Source: Candidatus Dormibacteria bacterium
GTDB taxonomy: Bacteria > Chloroflexota > Dormibacteria > Aeolococcales > Aeolococcaceae
Direction of reading: 5' to 3'
DNA length: 64,000 nt
Assembly: GCA_050734155.1 (NCBI GenBank)
Contig: JBOHUD010000023.1
Location: forward strand, 15,726 to 79,725
Shown: positions 1 through 8,960 of the stretch, one piece after another
How the letters are laid out: the number at the start of each line of letters is the position of its first letter
Numbering within the stretch: position 1 is the first letter of the stretch
Notes under the pieces: model-generated
Databases searched by the model: none
Told to the model about the DNA's origin: nothing
What the model saw: only the letters and a program-made list of their open reading frames with translations
Program-made: the position numbers and the translations under genes

Positions 1-135
1 GCCGTCCATGCGGCCGAGGGCGACGAGGTGGCCCCCCTCATCGACGACCGCAACGGTGGCGCGTATCCCTGACCGGTTGGCGTGCTCGTGGGCGGCGGCG
101 ATGAGGGCCTGGGCCTGTTGCAGGGACACGGGCAT
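1..135 (-). CDS. GlcG/DUF336-family (heme-binding-like) protein, 5' part only; runs off the window start
   Basis: ATG at 135-133 with AAGGAGAG Shine-Dalgarno 5 nt upstream. Translation is MPVSLQQAQALIAAAHEHANRSGIRATVAVVDEGGHLVALGRMDG, a typical DUF336/GlcG N-terminus. Absent from the ORF track because no stop falls inside the window. Confidence 0.5.
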   Translation of the reverse strand, partial: MPVSLQQAQALIAAAHEHANRSGIRATVAVVDEGGHLVALGRMDG

Positions 136-244
136 CCGACTCTCCTTCACGGCTGGGCGATCGTGGGTGCGCTGGCCGGCTGTTCACGATGGCGCGGGCG
201 AGATCATGACCCCTCGCGGCGCCGGCGTCGCGGGCGGGGTCCGA

Positions 245-2008
245 TCACGCACCCGGTTGGGCATCGATGACCACCCGACCTCGATCCCCGTCCACGGCGA
301 CGAGCCGGGTGCCGCCCTGGCCGAGGAGGGCGAAGAGCCGCTCATGGTCGCAACCAACCACCGCGGCCACACCGCGCGATCGGGCCACCTCGAGAAGGTG
401 CGCCGCGCCGCTTCCGCCGGCGGTCACAAGTCCGGCTGCGCCCCACAGCAGCGGCGCCAGCTGGGGGATCGGGCGGGGCGCGACCAGCACCATGCGGGGG
501 CGACGCAGGGCACCGGCTGGCAGGCCACGCTCCACGACCGACGTACCTGCCCCTGAACCCGCCGACGCCGGTTCACCGGACAGCTCCGTGCCGGTCGCGC
601 CCACCGCCGCACAGATGAAGGGCTCCCAGCGCAGCAGGGCGCGGCGCCGGGTGTCGCGACGACGTTGCCAGGCGCGTGCCGGCTCGGCCGCGGCGAGGAG
701 ATGGTCGACATCGGCCGGGGTCATCGCCCACATGTCCTCGACGGCGGAGATGATCTCCATGTCCCGCAGCCATGCTGCCACCCTCCCGAGGTCGGCCAGA
801 AGTGCGGCCAGGTCGCCGGCCGGGCTCGGAGGTGCGGCCGCGAGCTGAGCGACGGCGGCGGCCAGGTCACCTCCGCGCAGCTCGGCGAGGACTGCTGACG
901 CCCCCTGCCCGGTGGTGCCGTCAGCTCCCCAGGCGCGCGCGCGCAGCGCCCGCGAGAGGGCCTGCGCCGCCACCCAGGCGGCGGCGGCAGTCTCCCGCGC
1001 CGCCGCCGCCGGTGCGGGCAGGGGTGGCCGCGGGGTGTCGGGCGCCACGCCACAGAGAGCCACGGGAAGCACCATGTCCTCGCCGAGCCGGCCGGCAAAC
1101 ATGTGGACGAGACGGGCCACGCCGGCCGCGGCCTCCGGCACCGCCCCCTGATCTCGGCGGCTGTGCAGGGTCGTCGGTCGGCGTGCCCCCCGGCCGGCCT
1201 GGAGGAGGACCAGCCGACCGTCGGTGGCGGCCCATTCGATGAGGTCGTATCCCAGCTCCCGCTGCACCGCCAGGCTCAGCGCCGCCACCTCGGCGAGGAG
1301 CCTGGCACCGGCGAGTGCCAGGCCCGGGCCCCGAGCCACACCATCGGCGTCGACCACAGCGCCGTCGCCGCGTGACCACCCCGCCAGGAGCGGGGCGGGC
1401 GGTCCCGCCACCGCCACCACCGTCACCTCGCCGGCGCTCACCTGGGCCGTGCCCGAGACCGAGGGCTGGACCCGCGGCTGGATGAGCACAGCCATGGGGT
1501 GGGGAACGGCGGCATCAGCAGCGCCTCCGGCCGCCAGCCCGGGATCGAGAAGCGCGGACGCCCACACCCCACGCACCGCGGTGGCAACCTCGGCAGGGGT
1601 CACCCCGACGTACGAGCTGAACGCGCCCGCGTACCCTGGCGCGACCTCCAGCGGAGACGAGGAGCGAACCACGAGATCGTCCCCGAGCGCGCCCACCTCT
1701 GCCTCGAGCCCCGCCAGGGAGGGCGCTGACGTGCTCATCACGAGAAGACGGGCGGCGTGGACGCCGCCGGCCTCGATGTCACGGGCGGCTGCCGCCAGCA
1801 GGCCGGCATCGGCGCCGATCGGGATCACCATCCCGGGCAGGGCGGGGAGCCGGCAGCGCAGCGCGCGGCCCAGAGCGGCGGCCTTGCCGCCGACCCGCGC
1901 CACCTCGAGGCAGCGCTCGCCGTGCAGCGAGAGCACCTCGACGCTCACCAGCTCAGCCCGCGACGGTGATCTCTTTGACCGGGAAGGTGGTGATGAGCTC
2001 CGGGCCAT
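245..2008 (-). CDS. PEP-utilising enzyme family protein (PPDK_N nucleotide-binding domain plus C-terminal phosphohistidine mobile domain; PEP synthase / rifampicin-phosphotransferase-like)
   Basis: N-terminal VGGKAAALGRAL...LPALPGMVIPIGAD matches the PPDK_N motif VGGKxAxLGEM...GxxVPxGF. C-terminal GGSGAAHLLEVARSRGVAAVVG matches the PEP-utilizers mobile domain with its catalytic His. The annotated 5' end overlaps the next gene by 55 nt, so the true start may be slightly downstream. Confidence 0.55.
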   Translation of the reverse strand: MARSSSPPSRSKRSPSRAELVSVEVLSLHGERCLEVARVGGKAAALGRALRCRLPALPGMVIPIGADAGLLAAAARDIEAGGVHAARLLVMSTSAPSLAGLEAEVGALGDDLVVRSSSPLEVAPGYAGAFSSYVGVTPAEVATAVRGVWASALLDPGLAAGGAADAAVPHPMAVLIQPRVQPSVSGTAQVSAGEVTVVAVAGPPAPLLAGWSRGDGAVVDADGVARGPGLALAGARLLAEVAALSLAVQRELGYDLIEWAATDGRLVLLQAGRGARRPTTLHSRRDQGAVPEAAAGVARLVHMFAGRLGEDMVLPVALCGVAPDTPRPPLPAPAAAARETAAAAWVAAQALSRALRARAWGADGTTGQGASAVLAELRGGDLAAAVAQLAAAPPSPAGDLAALLADLGRVAAWLRDMEIISAVEDMWAMTPADVDHLLAAAEPARAWQRRRDTRRRALLRWEPFICAAVGATGTELSGEPASAGSGAGTSVVERGLPAGALRRPRMVLVAPRPIPQLAPLLWGAAGLVTAGGSGAAHLLEVARSRGVAAVVGCDHERLFALLGQGGTRLVAVDGDRGRVVIDAQPGA

Positions 2009-3185
2009 CGTCGTGGACGATCAGCATCTCCTCGATCCTCACCCCGAAGTCGTGCACCTTGCCGTGCTGCGTCTCCAGGGCGAACACCATGCCGGTCTGG
2101 ATCTCCTGCGGGAAGTCGAGCGACCAGATCCGTGAGATCACCGGCATGTCGTACTGCGCCAGGCCGAGGCCATGGCCCCAGAGGTTGGCGGCTGCCTGGT
2201 CCTCGTCCTGATAGCCCCACGTCTCCTGGGCGGAGGGCCACCTGGCGGCGATGTCGGCTGTGGTTGCGCCCGGTCTCACCGCCTCGATCGAATCGTAGAG
2301 CCACTTCAGGGCGATCTCGTAGTACTCGCGATGCTCCGCTGTCGGGGTGCCGCCAACGCAGTAGGTGCGGTAGTAGCAGGACTTGAATCCGTTCCAGGTC
2401 AGTGCCGCCAAGTCGATGATGACGATCTCGCCGGGCCGGATGATGCGGTCGGAGAAGTTGCGCCAGTTCGGCCAGGCGTTGGGCCCAGAGGAGACGATGA
2501 TGTCCTCCACGTCCTCCATGCCGGGGATGTCGAAGAGATACTTCATCCCGAAGGCGGTGACCTGGTTCTCGGTGAGACCGGGCTTGAGGAACTTCGAGAA
2601 CTCGTAGTGCAGCGCGTCGCCGATGGCGCCGACGATGCGCATCGCCTCCTGCTCGTCCTGGTTCTTGACCGAGCGTGCCTCCATCATCGGGGTCATGCCG
2701 TCGGTCCAACTGACCCCGGCGCGCTCGAAGGCGCGGATCATGTTGATGTCGATGAAGTCGACGCCGAGCGGCCTGTCCTTGACGCCGGCCTCCTCCATGG
2801 CTTCGAGAAGCGCCCTGGTGAACTTGGCGACCTGCATCTCGGAAGCGGGGCCGGCGGCGCCCTTGATCCACGAGAAGGAGTGCCGGATGTTCTCCTTGCG
2901 CAGCCACGGTGAATGCCTCTCCACGTGGATGCCGATGTCACCCTGCTCGAAGAGGATGGGGTCGCCGCCCTCGGTGAGCATCGCGTAGCGCAGCCCCGGC
3001 TTGAGGCGATTCCATCCCGGCGTCAGGGTCGAGGTGACGTAGCGGACGTTCTCGTCGTACATGAAGAGCATGGCCCCGAGCCCATGCCGGCTCATTGCCT
3101 CGCGGGTCCGCGCCAGGCGATACTCGCGCATCCGCTGCCAGTTGATGCGCTCCTGCCAATCCATGCCAACCATGCCGAAAGACAT
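1953..3185 (-). CDS. M24 family metallopeptidase (creatinase/prolidase-like; Xaa-Pro dipeptidase or ectoine-hydrolase-like)
   Basis: 410 aa with a creatinase_N-like N-terminus and an M24 pita-bread fold (HGLGLAQYDMPVI, FALETQ motifs). Divergent from the GntR regulator gene. Confidence 0.75.
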   Translation of the reverse strand: MSFGMVGMDWQERINWQRMREYRLARTREAMSRHGLGAMLFMYDENVRYVTSTLTPGWNRLKPGLRYAMLTEGGDPILFEQGDIGIHVERHSPWLRKENIRHSFSWIKGAAGPASEMQVAKFTRALLEAMEEAGVKDRPLGVDFIDINMIRAFERAGVSWTDGMTPMMEARSVKNQDEQEAMRIVGAIGDALHYEFSKFLKPGLTENQVTAFGMKYLFDIPGMEDVEDIIVSSGPNAWPNWRNFSDRIIRPGEIVIIDLAALTWNGFKSCYYRTYCVGGTPTAEHREYYEIALKWLYDSIEAVRPGATTADIAARWPSAQETWGYQDEDQAAANLWGHGLGLAQYDMPVISRIWSLDFPQEIQTGMVFALETQHGKVHDFGVRIEEMLIVHDDGPELITTFPVKEITVAG

Positions 3186-3400
3186 GCGTGAGGTCCTCGC
3201 AAACGACGTGAGACAGAGGGCGTCGGGTCATCGCGGACGCCGGTCCGCCGTGGGGCCGAAACGCTACATCATGCAATCTGCAAAGGTCAAGCCGCGCGCT
3301 CGACGTGCCCCTGGGGCACCGGCCGACGCCCAAAGAAGCAGCGTGGATCGTCGACAATGCAGCCACCAGCCGCTGCAATGCGGCCCCGCATGGAGAGTCG

Positions 3401-4141
3401 ATGACCAGCCTCGGCGGCCTGCAGATCCAGAGCCTCCACACCGCCACCGAACGGCTCACCGCCCACGAGATCGTGCGCGAGACGCTGCGCCATGCCATCC
3501 TCAGCGGCGACCTGCCCGGCGGCACCCACCTGGTCCAGGCGGAGCTCGCCACCCAGCTCAGGGTGAGCACCACGCCGGTTCGAGAGGCCCTTCGCGACCT
3601 GGCGTCGGACCAGCTGATCCGCTTCCACCCCCACCGCGGAGCGGTGGTGCACGAGCTCGACATGGACGAGCTGCGCGAGATCTACGAGATCCGCAAGGCG
3701 CTCGAACCGCTGGCGCTGCGACTGGCCGCGTCGCGCATCACCAAGGAGCAGCTCAGGGCAGCAGCCGCGTTGCAGGCGCGCATGGAGAAGGAGGCCGATC
3801 CTGCCGTGTGGGTGGAGACCAACTGGAAGTTCCACGCCCTGCTCGAGAGTGCCGCGCAGTCACCGCGTCTTGCCAGCGCTGTCAAGAACGTGCAGGACTC
3901 CTCAGCCCTCTACGTCGCGCACGCTGTTCACCTGGAGCGGGGGCGCATGAGAAAGGGCAATGTCGACCACCGTCGCATCCTGGCGGCGCTGCGGGCGGGC
4001 GACGGCGACGGCGCGGCTGAGGCGCTGCGGCGCCACCTCGACTCGACCTTGCAGGCCATCCTGGCCGCCGACGTCTCCCCCGGCGCGGCCGGCGCCCTCC
4101 TCCGACGCGGCTCCCTCGACCCAGGTCACCAACCCGAATGA
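3401..4141 (+). CDS. GntR family (FadR/FCD subfamily) transcriptional regulator
   Basis: HTH region LPGGTHLVQAELATQLRVSTTPVREALRDL followed by an FCD domain. The internal ATG at 3401 was chosen over the ORF-track start at 3305. Confidence 0.75.
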   Translation: MTSLGGLQIQSLHTATERLTAHEIVRETLRHAILSGDLPGGTHLVQAELATQLRVSTTPVREALRDLASDQLIRFHPHRGAVVHELDMDELREIYEIRKALEPLALRLAASRITKEQLRAAAALQARMEKEADPAVWVETNWKFHALLESAAQSPRLASAVKNVQDSSALYVAHAVHLERGRMRKGNVDHRRILAALRAGDGDGAAEALRRHLDSTLQAILAADVSPGAAGALLRRGSLDPGHQPE

Positions 4142-4160
4142 GAGGCGCCGGCGCGGGAGG

Positions 4161-5054
4161 TCAGGTCCCGGCCTGCGCGGTCAGCTGCTCGAGGACCGCG
4201 AGCACACACGCCGGGTCCTGCTTGGCCCGACCCTGGGCCATCGCCGCCTCGTAGAACTGCGCGCTGAGAGTGAACAGCGGCGTGGGGCTGTGCACGCGCT
4301 GGGCGAAGCGACGGATGATCTCGATGTCCTTCTGGAACAGCTCCACGCGCATGGTGGGATCGTCGTCGTAGTCGCCGTCCGCCATGAGCGGTCCACGCAC
4401 CTGGAACATGCGCGACGCGCCGGCGCCATCGCCGACGACGTCAAGCATCATCCGCGCGTCGAGGCCCGCCCGCCTGGCCAGAAGGAAGGCCTCGGCCGTG
4501 GACATGTTGTGAATCGTGACCAGCAGGTTGGCGATGTATTTGAGCTTGGATCCATTGCCGAATTCACCGGTGTAGAAGTGGCGCCGGGCCAGGCCGTCCA
4601 GCACCGCGTCGACGCGCGTCGCCGCCGCCTCGTCGCCACTCACGTAGGCGACGACGTCCTTGACCCGCGCCTGCGCGCCGGTGCCGCTGAGCGGACAGTC
4701 GAGGACCTCGACACCGAGCGGGGCCAGGGCGTCGCGTGCGGCGAACTTGGCCTCGAGCGGGAGCGTGCTGGTCTCGATCACCACCGACCGCCCGGTGGCG
4801 CGCGAGGCCAGACCACCGGCGCCACCGACCACCGCCTCGAGGGCGGCCACGCTGGGCAGCGAGAGCACCACCGCGTCCGCGCTCTCGGCGACCGCCGCCG
4901 GGGAGTCAACCACCTCCCCGCCCGCCGCGGCGTGGGCATCTCGGCGCTCCGCCGCCACGTCGAAACCGACGACGCTGAAACCGGCCGCAAGCAGGTTGCC
5001 GCCCATGGCCGACCCCATCACGCCCAGGCCAACGACGCCGACTGTGGTGGGCAT
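4161..5054 (-). CDS. NAD(P)-dependent oxidoreductase of the 3-hydroxyisobutyrate dehydrogenase / 6PGDH-NAD-binding family
   Basis: N-terminal Rossmann motif VGVVGLGVMGSAMGGNL. HIBADH-like length of 297 aa with a conserved central Lys region. Confidence 0.8.
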   Translation of the reverse strand: MPTTVGVVGLGVMGSAMGGNLLAAGFSVVGFDVAAERRDAHAAAGGEVVDSPAAVAESADAVVLSLPSVAALEAVVGGAGGLASRATGRSVVIETSTLPLEAKFAARDALAPLGVEVLDCPLSGTGAQARVKDVVAYVSGDEAAATRVDAVLDGLARRHFYTGEFGNGSKLKYIANLLVTIHNMSTAEAFLLARRAGLDARMMLDVVGDGAGASRMFQVRGPLMADGDYDDDPTMRVELFQKDIEIIRRFAQRVHSPTPLFTLSAQFYEAAMAQGRAKQDPACVLAVLEQLTAQAGT

Positions 5055-5082
5055 CAGACCGGGAGCCTCCGCGTGCCCACCG

Positions 5083-6321
5083 CTAGGCGTGGGAGACCAC
5101 GGAGTCGGCGATCGCCTTGAAGTCGCCGTCGTCGAGCAGGGCCTTGCGTTCCAGGGAGCGCAGCTTGACCAGCTGCAGGATCTCGAGGCTCTCCTCCTGG
5201 GAGGCGGTCACCCCGATGCGCTCCAGGCCCTCGACGATGTTGTCGATGCCACTGCCCTTGCCGAGCACGATGCGCGGCCCCGTCTGCCCGACCAGCTCGG
5301 GAAGGTAGGGCAGCGACTCGGTGCGGTCCACGTCACGCACGTTGCGCGCCCAGGTGGCGATGATGCCGGACTCGATCTCGAAGGTGCGGCTGCCGGTGAC
5401 CGCCCGGTTGGATGGCTGCTGCACGCCGGAGAGGTCACCCACCAGGCGCGCCAGCCCGGTGAGCGCCTCGGTGCGGATGCCGAGGTCCTTGCCGTACAGG
5501 GTGAGCAGGGTCAGCACCGTCTCCTCCAGCGGGGTGTTGCCGGCGCGCTCGCCGAGGCCGCTGACGGTTACCTGGACGCAGGAGGCGCCGGCCGCCGCGG
5601 CGATAACCGTGTTGGCCACGCCCATCCCGTAGTCCATGTGGAAGTGTGTCTCCAGGGGGACGTTCAAGCGCTCGCGGCTGACCTTGACGAATCGCTCCAC
5701 CGCATGCGGGGTCAGCACGCCGAAGGTGTCGACGAGCCCCAGCGAGTCGACATGACCGTCGCGTGCCACCGTCTCCACCAGGTTGAGATAGTCCTGCACC
5801 GACGCACGGGTGGCGTCGATCGGGAAGAAGGAGACGAGCAGACCGTTGTCGTGCGCGAACTTGGTCGCCTGGATGGACAGCTCGACCGCCCTCTCCACGC
5901 TCCAGCGATAGCCGAGCTCGATGAGGTGCCGGCTCGAGGGGATCTCCATGACGACACCCTGGGCGCCGCAGTCGATCGCCACCTGGACGTCCGCCACCAT
6001 GCAGCGCGAGAAGGCGTAGATGGTCGAGGGCAGGTCGGCGGCGACGATCCGCGAGACGGCCTCGGCGTCGGCGGCGGAGACGGCGGGAAGGCCCGCCTCG
6101 ATGCGGTGGACTCCGGCTTCCGAGAGCGCCTCGGCGATGCGCACCTTGTCGTCGGCTGTGAACTCGACCCCCGCCTGCTGCTCACCATCGCGAAGGGTCA
6201 CGTCATGGACGGTGATCCTCTCCGGGAAGGCGAAGGCCGCGGCGACCTCGGGATCGTGGTTCCACGGGCTCGTGAACCACTGCTCGGTGTGCCAGGGCTC
6301 ATTGGGGCGGACCGACGACAT
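5083..6321 (-). CDS. HMGL-like (pyruvate carboxyltransferase) family enzyme; 2-isopropylmalate / homocitrate / citramalate synthase-like
   Basis: Signature VTLRDGEQ near the N-terminus and a TIM-barrel DRE-TIM fold. The ORF-track 5' extension to 6507 was rejected. Start was set at ATG 6321 (MSSVRPNEPW), checked directly in the sequence. Confidence 0.7.
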   Translation of the reverse strand: MSSVRPNEPWHTEQWFTSPWNHDPEVAAAFAFPERITVHDVTLRDGEQQAGVEFTADDKVRIAEALSEAGVHRIEAGLPAVSAADAEAVSRIVAADLPSTIYAFSRCMVADVQVAIDCGAQGVVMEIPSSRHLIELGYRWSVERAVELSIQATKFAHDNGLLVSFFPIDATRASVQDYLNLVETVARDGHVDSLGLVDTFGVLTPHAVERFVKVSRERLNVPLETHFHMDYGMGVANTVIAAAAGASCVQVTVSGLGERAGNTPLEETVLTLLTLYGKDLGIRTEALTGLARLVGDLSGVQQPSNRAVTGSRTFEIESGIIATWARNVRDVDRTESLPYLPELVGQTGPRIVLGKGSGIDNIVEGLERIGVTASQEESLEILQLVKLRSLERKALLDDGDFKAIADSVVSHA

Positions 6322-6458
6322 GGCTGACCTCCTTGGCGCGAATTCTGCCCGGTCGGTGCCGCCTGCTCGGGCCCCGCGGCTGACCGTCCTGGGCCCACGG
6401 GTATTGCAGGATACATCGTGCACACTGCCGCCAACCACCCCTCTCTGGCCCCAGGTCC

Positions 6459-7256
6459 TCAGGAGCGGCGGATGGCGGGTGGCACCGGGGCTGGTGCGGG
6501 CGCGCACCTCGACGGTCTGGTCGGAGGGCCCGAAGAGCCCGCTGCGGGCGGCGGTTTCCTCGATCCGAACCTTGAGCTGTTCGGCGCGGAGACCTCCGGC
6601 CGTGGTCGGGCTCGGACGCGCGGCCCTGGAGTCGAACCAAATTCAAACAGGCTCAACCGCCCTGCAGGGGAAGCCACGAGGAAGCACGTCTCCTTGGCAC
6701 GGCCCCGCGAGTAATCGCAGGGTTGCGAATCGCTGGCCGAGGTACCCGGGATGGTCGTCACCCGTCCGACCGCTCCAGCGGCCAGCTGGACTAGGGCCAC
6801 CGGCCCGTTCACCGTCGCGTCTGCGACGACCACAGCACCGCCTGGCGTGGCGCTCACACCATGCCGATTCTGGACGTGATGCGTCTCCACCGCTGCAGCG
6901 GTGGACGGCGCGGCGGCGTCGGCCACCCAGACGACGCCGGAGTCCGCGGCGATTGCCACCGCAGGGCGAGAGCCCAGATCGACTTGCAGAGAGATGTGCC
7001 AGCGCTGCTGACCAACAGCCGTTGGCGAACCGGTCGCCGCCGTCGATGGCGGTGTCGGAGAGCTTGCCGAGCACGACGACGCAAAGAGGCAGATGGCCGC
7101 AGCCAATGGCGTCCGAATGATGCGCGTCGGGTGCAGTGCGGCGCCCCTCCGCTGATGCCCAGCAGCACCCAGGGTTAGGGCGCTGCCTCGGAAAATCCGT
7201 CTGAAACGAAATTGAAGTACACCGTGGCGGAGGTCGCCGACGTGAGTTGCAACCAA
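6459..7256 (-). pseudogene. Degraded paralog of the lipoprotein 30850-31953 (lipobox FASSC present; internally shorter; diverged C-terminus; no canonical start near the signal peptide)
   Basis: Central region ETHHVQNRHGVSATPGGAVVVADATVNGPVALVQLAAGAVGRVTTIPGTSASDSQPCDYSR aligns to TYHVQNPRTLIATPSGAIVVADATQNGPVMVEELAAGSAAPVATIPGTAASESRECHYSR of the 30850 gene. Only a TTG at 7256 is in frame upstream of the lipobox. The ORF overlaps the upstream gene by 81 nt. Confidence 0.35.
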
Positions 7257-7789
7257 TCACCGTTGATGTGCGCGATCGTGAGTGCGCCCGAAGTGCTGGG
7301 GTCGGTGAAGATCCCGACAGGAATGAAGTCCACGCCGCAACCGTCCGACCCCACCTGTTCGGTGTACACGTCCACTGCAGGGACCCCCGATGCCGGCGAC
7401 GTCACGCCGGTTGTGCCCGACCAGATCGCATAGGTCGCGCCCCTGGGCAGCGCCGAGCCCATCCAGCTGCTGTCCGCGTAGAAGTTTGCCGCAGATCCAA
7501 AGGGACCACCCTGCCCGCCGTCGTGAATCCGCGTGTCGGGATACGGCAGCGTGACAGCAGGAACGCATGGCGTTGCCGCCGGGATCACCACGCTGGACTC
7601 AGGCGGCTTGGTGGCACGGGGAGCGGCCTGCGCTTCAGCGATCTGTTGTTGCTCGCGGGCGACGAACTGTTGCTTTGGTGTCGACGGCGGGGTCGTTGCG
7701 ACATCTGCCACGGCCAGAACGACACCGATCGCAAGGGCGAAGAGGACGGCCACCGTTGCCGCCACGCGAATTCCAACCCTTCTGGTCAT
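7175..7789 (-). CDS. Membrane-anchored (N-terminal signal-anchor) secreted hypothetical protein; paralog of 30230-30853
   Basis: About 65% identity to the 30230-30853 product (MTRRVGIRVAATVAV... versus MTRKFGIRLAAATVAV...; shared GGQGGPFGSA and SDGCGV motifs). GC is lower than in neighbouring genes. Start set at the internal ATG at 7789, matching the paralog's N-terminus. Confidence 0.6.
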   Translation of the reverse strand: MTRRVGIRVAATVAVLFALAIGVVLAVADVATTPPSTPKQQFVAREQQQIAEAQAAPRATKPPESSVVIPAATPCVPAVTLPYPDTRIHDGGQGGPFGSAANFYADSSWMGSALPRGATYAIWSGTTGVTSPASGVPAVDVYTEQVGSDGCGVDFIPVGIFTDPSTSGALTIAHINGDWLQLTSATSATVYFNFVSDGFSEAAP

Positions 7790-7925
7790 CGATGAGTCCC
7801 ACAGGAATGGGTCATGGCATGGCCTCACCACCCAGTGGGCTGATGCTCGACCATCGTGGACTTGACGCTAGCCCATGATCGGTCACGAGTCAATCTAAAT
7901 TGGATCGGACGCCGCCGGCGCTCCC

Positions 7926-8960
7926 CTACTCCCGCCCGTGGGACAGCCGTTCGCGCTGGGGAACAATGGTGTATCTCGGGTCGCGCGCGGACGCCTGCCC
8001 CGCCTCGAAGATGCCGAAGCGTAGACAGGCGGATCCCGCCAGCAGCGCCGCTCCCGATGCCGCGGCAAGCACGCGGCTGCGCCCACCGAGCACCAGCCCA
8101 CCGATGGCGCCCGCGGCGGTGAGCACCCTGCTGGTGCGCATCAGCCGCCCGGCCCGGCCGGTGCGCAGCGGCTCGGCGACGATACCCATGCCGCTCTCCA
8201 GACGCCGTTCCATGCCCAGCTCGAGCAGCGCTCCACCCGCTGCCAGGAGACGTGCCGGGCGGGCCTGGGCCACGGGGGCGCCGATGATGCCAAACCCACC
8301 CGCGGCCGTCGCCGCCGAGCCCACGAACACAAAGGGCAGCTCGCGCTGCGCCGCGTGCCAGGTCGGGGTGGCGGTGTCGGAGAGCAGCACGGCGGTGTAG
8401 GAGGCCACGCCGGCTCCGAGCGCGGCGGCAGCGATCCCCGCCGGCCGGCCGGTGGCGCCCACCAGGGCACCGAGCGGGCGGGGCAGAGGGAACGGCATCT
8501 CGCTGGCGGCGGCCAGCCCGGCAAGGGGGCCGTACGCCGTGATGATCCAGGTGCCCACCGACATCGGAGAGGTTGGTTTGGCGACGCGCAGCATGTTGAG
8601 GAAGCGCTCCGGTCTGCCGAGGTCGTGGATGAGCGCGGCGAAGCCGGCCCCGATGCCCGCAAGTGCGCCGATGCGGGCCGTGCGACGCAGCGCCGGGCGG
8701 CCGGTCAGGTCCGCGCCCGCCGCGAGCATGGAGGATCCGCCCGCAAGGCCACCGAGGAAGAGGTACGCGGGGATGTCCGCCTTCCACGGCGAGTGCTTGA
8801 CCACCGGGCGGCCGTAGTACGAGGTGAACTCGGCCGGCGGCACCATGGCGCGCTCGCCACCCTCGCGGCGGCCGGTGGACCGGCCGCTGCCGTCCGACCG
8901 AGCATCCCGCGCGGCCGGGCTGCGGGTGGCTTCGCCCGGCGCTCGCGCATCCGGGGTCAT
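7926..8960 (-). CDS. NrfD/PsrC-family integral membrane subunit of formate dehydrogenase (gamma-like)
   Basis: FTSYYGRPVVKHSPWKADIPAYLFLGGLAGG is the NrfD-family N-terminal motif, followed by multiple TM helices. ATG at 8960 overlaps the beta-subunit stop as ATGA. Confidence 0.75.
   Translation of the reverse strand: MTPDARAPGEATRSPAARDARSDGSGRSTGRREGGERAMVPPAEFTSYYGRPVVKHSPWKADIPAYLFLGGLAGGSSMLAAGADLTGRPALRRTARIGALAGIGAGFAALIHDLGRPERFLNMLRVAKPTSPMSVGTWIITAYGPLAGLAAASEMPFPLPRPLGALVGATGRPAGIAAAALGAGVASYTAVLLSDTATPTWHAAQRELPFVFVGSAATAAGGFGIIGAPVAQARPARLLAAGGALLELGMERRLESGMGIVAEPLRTGRAGRLMRTSRVLTAAGAIGGLVLGGRSRVLAAASGAALLAGSACLRFGIFEAGQASARDPRYTIVPQRERLSHGRE

Noticed and set aside
3061-4020. 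319-aa plus-strand ORF overlapping the GntR gene in another frame
   Set aside because: The GntR HTH and FCD domain are in the 3401-4141 frame. This frame is an Arg/Pro/Gly-rich shadow.
4660-6327. 555-aa plus-strand ORF
   Set aside because: Antisense to the HIBADH-like and HMGL-like genes. Low-complexity translation.
5083-6507. N-terminal 62-codon extension of the HMGL-like ORF (MRARTSPGATRHPPLL...)
   Set aside because: The extension is Arg/Gly/Pro-rich and unconserved-looking. The conserved family N-terminus begins at MSSVRPNEPW (ATG 6321).
7825-8787. 320-aa and other alternative-frame ORFs over the NrfD-like gene
   Set aside because: The NrfD-family motif (FTSYYGRPVVKHSPW) and TM pattern are present only in the 7926-8960 frame.
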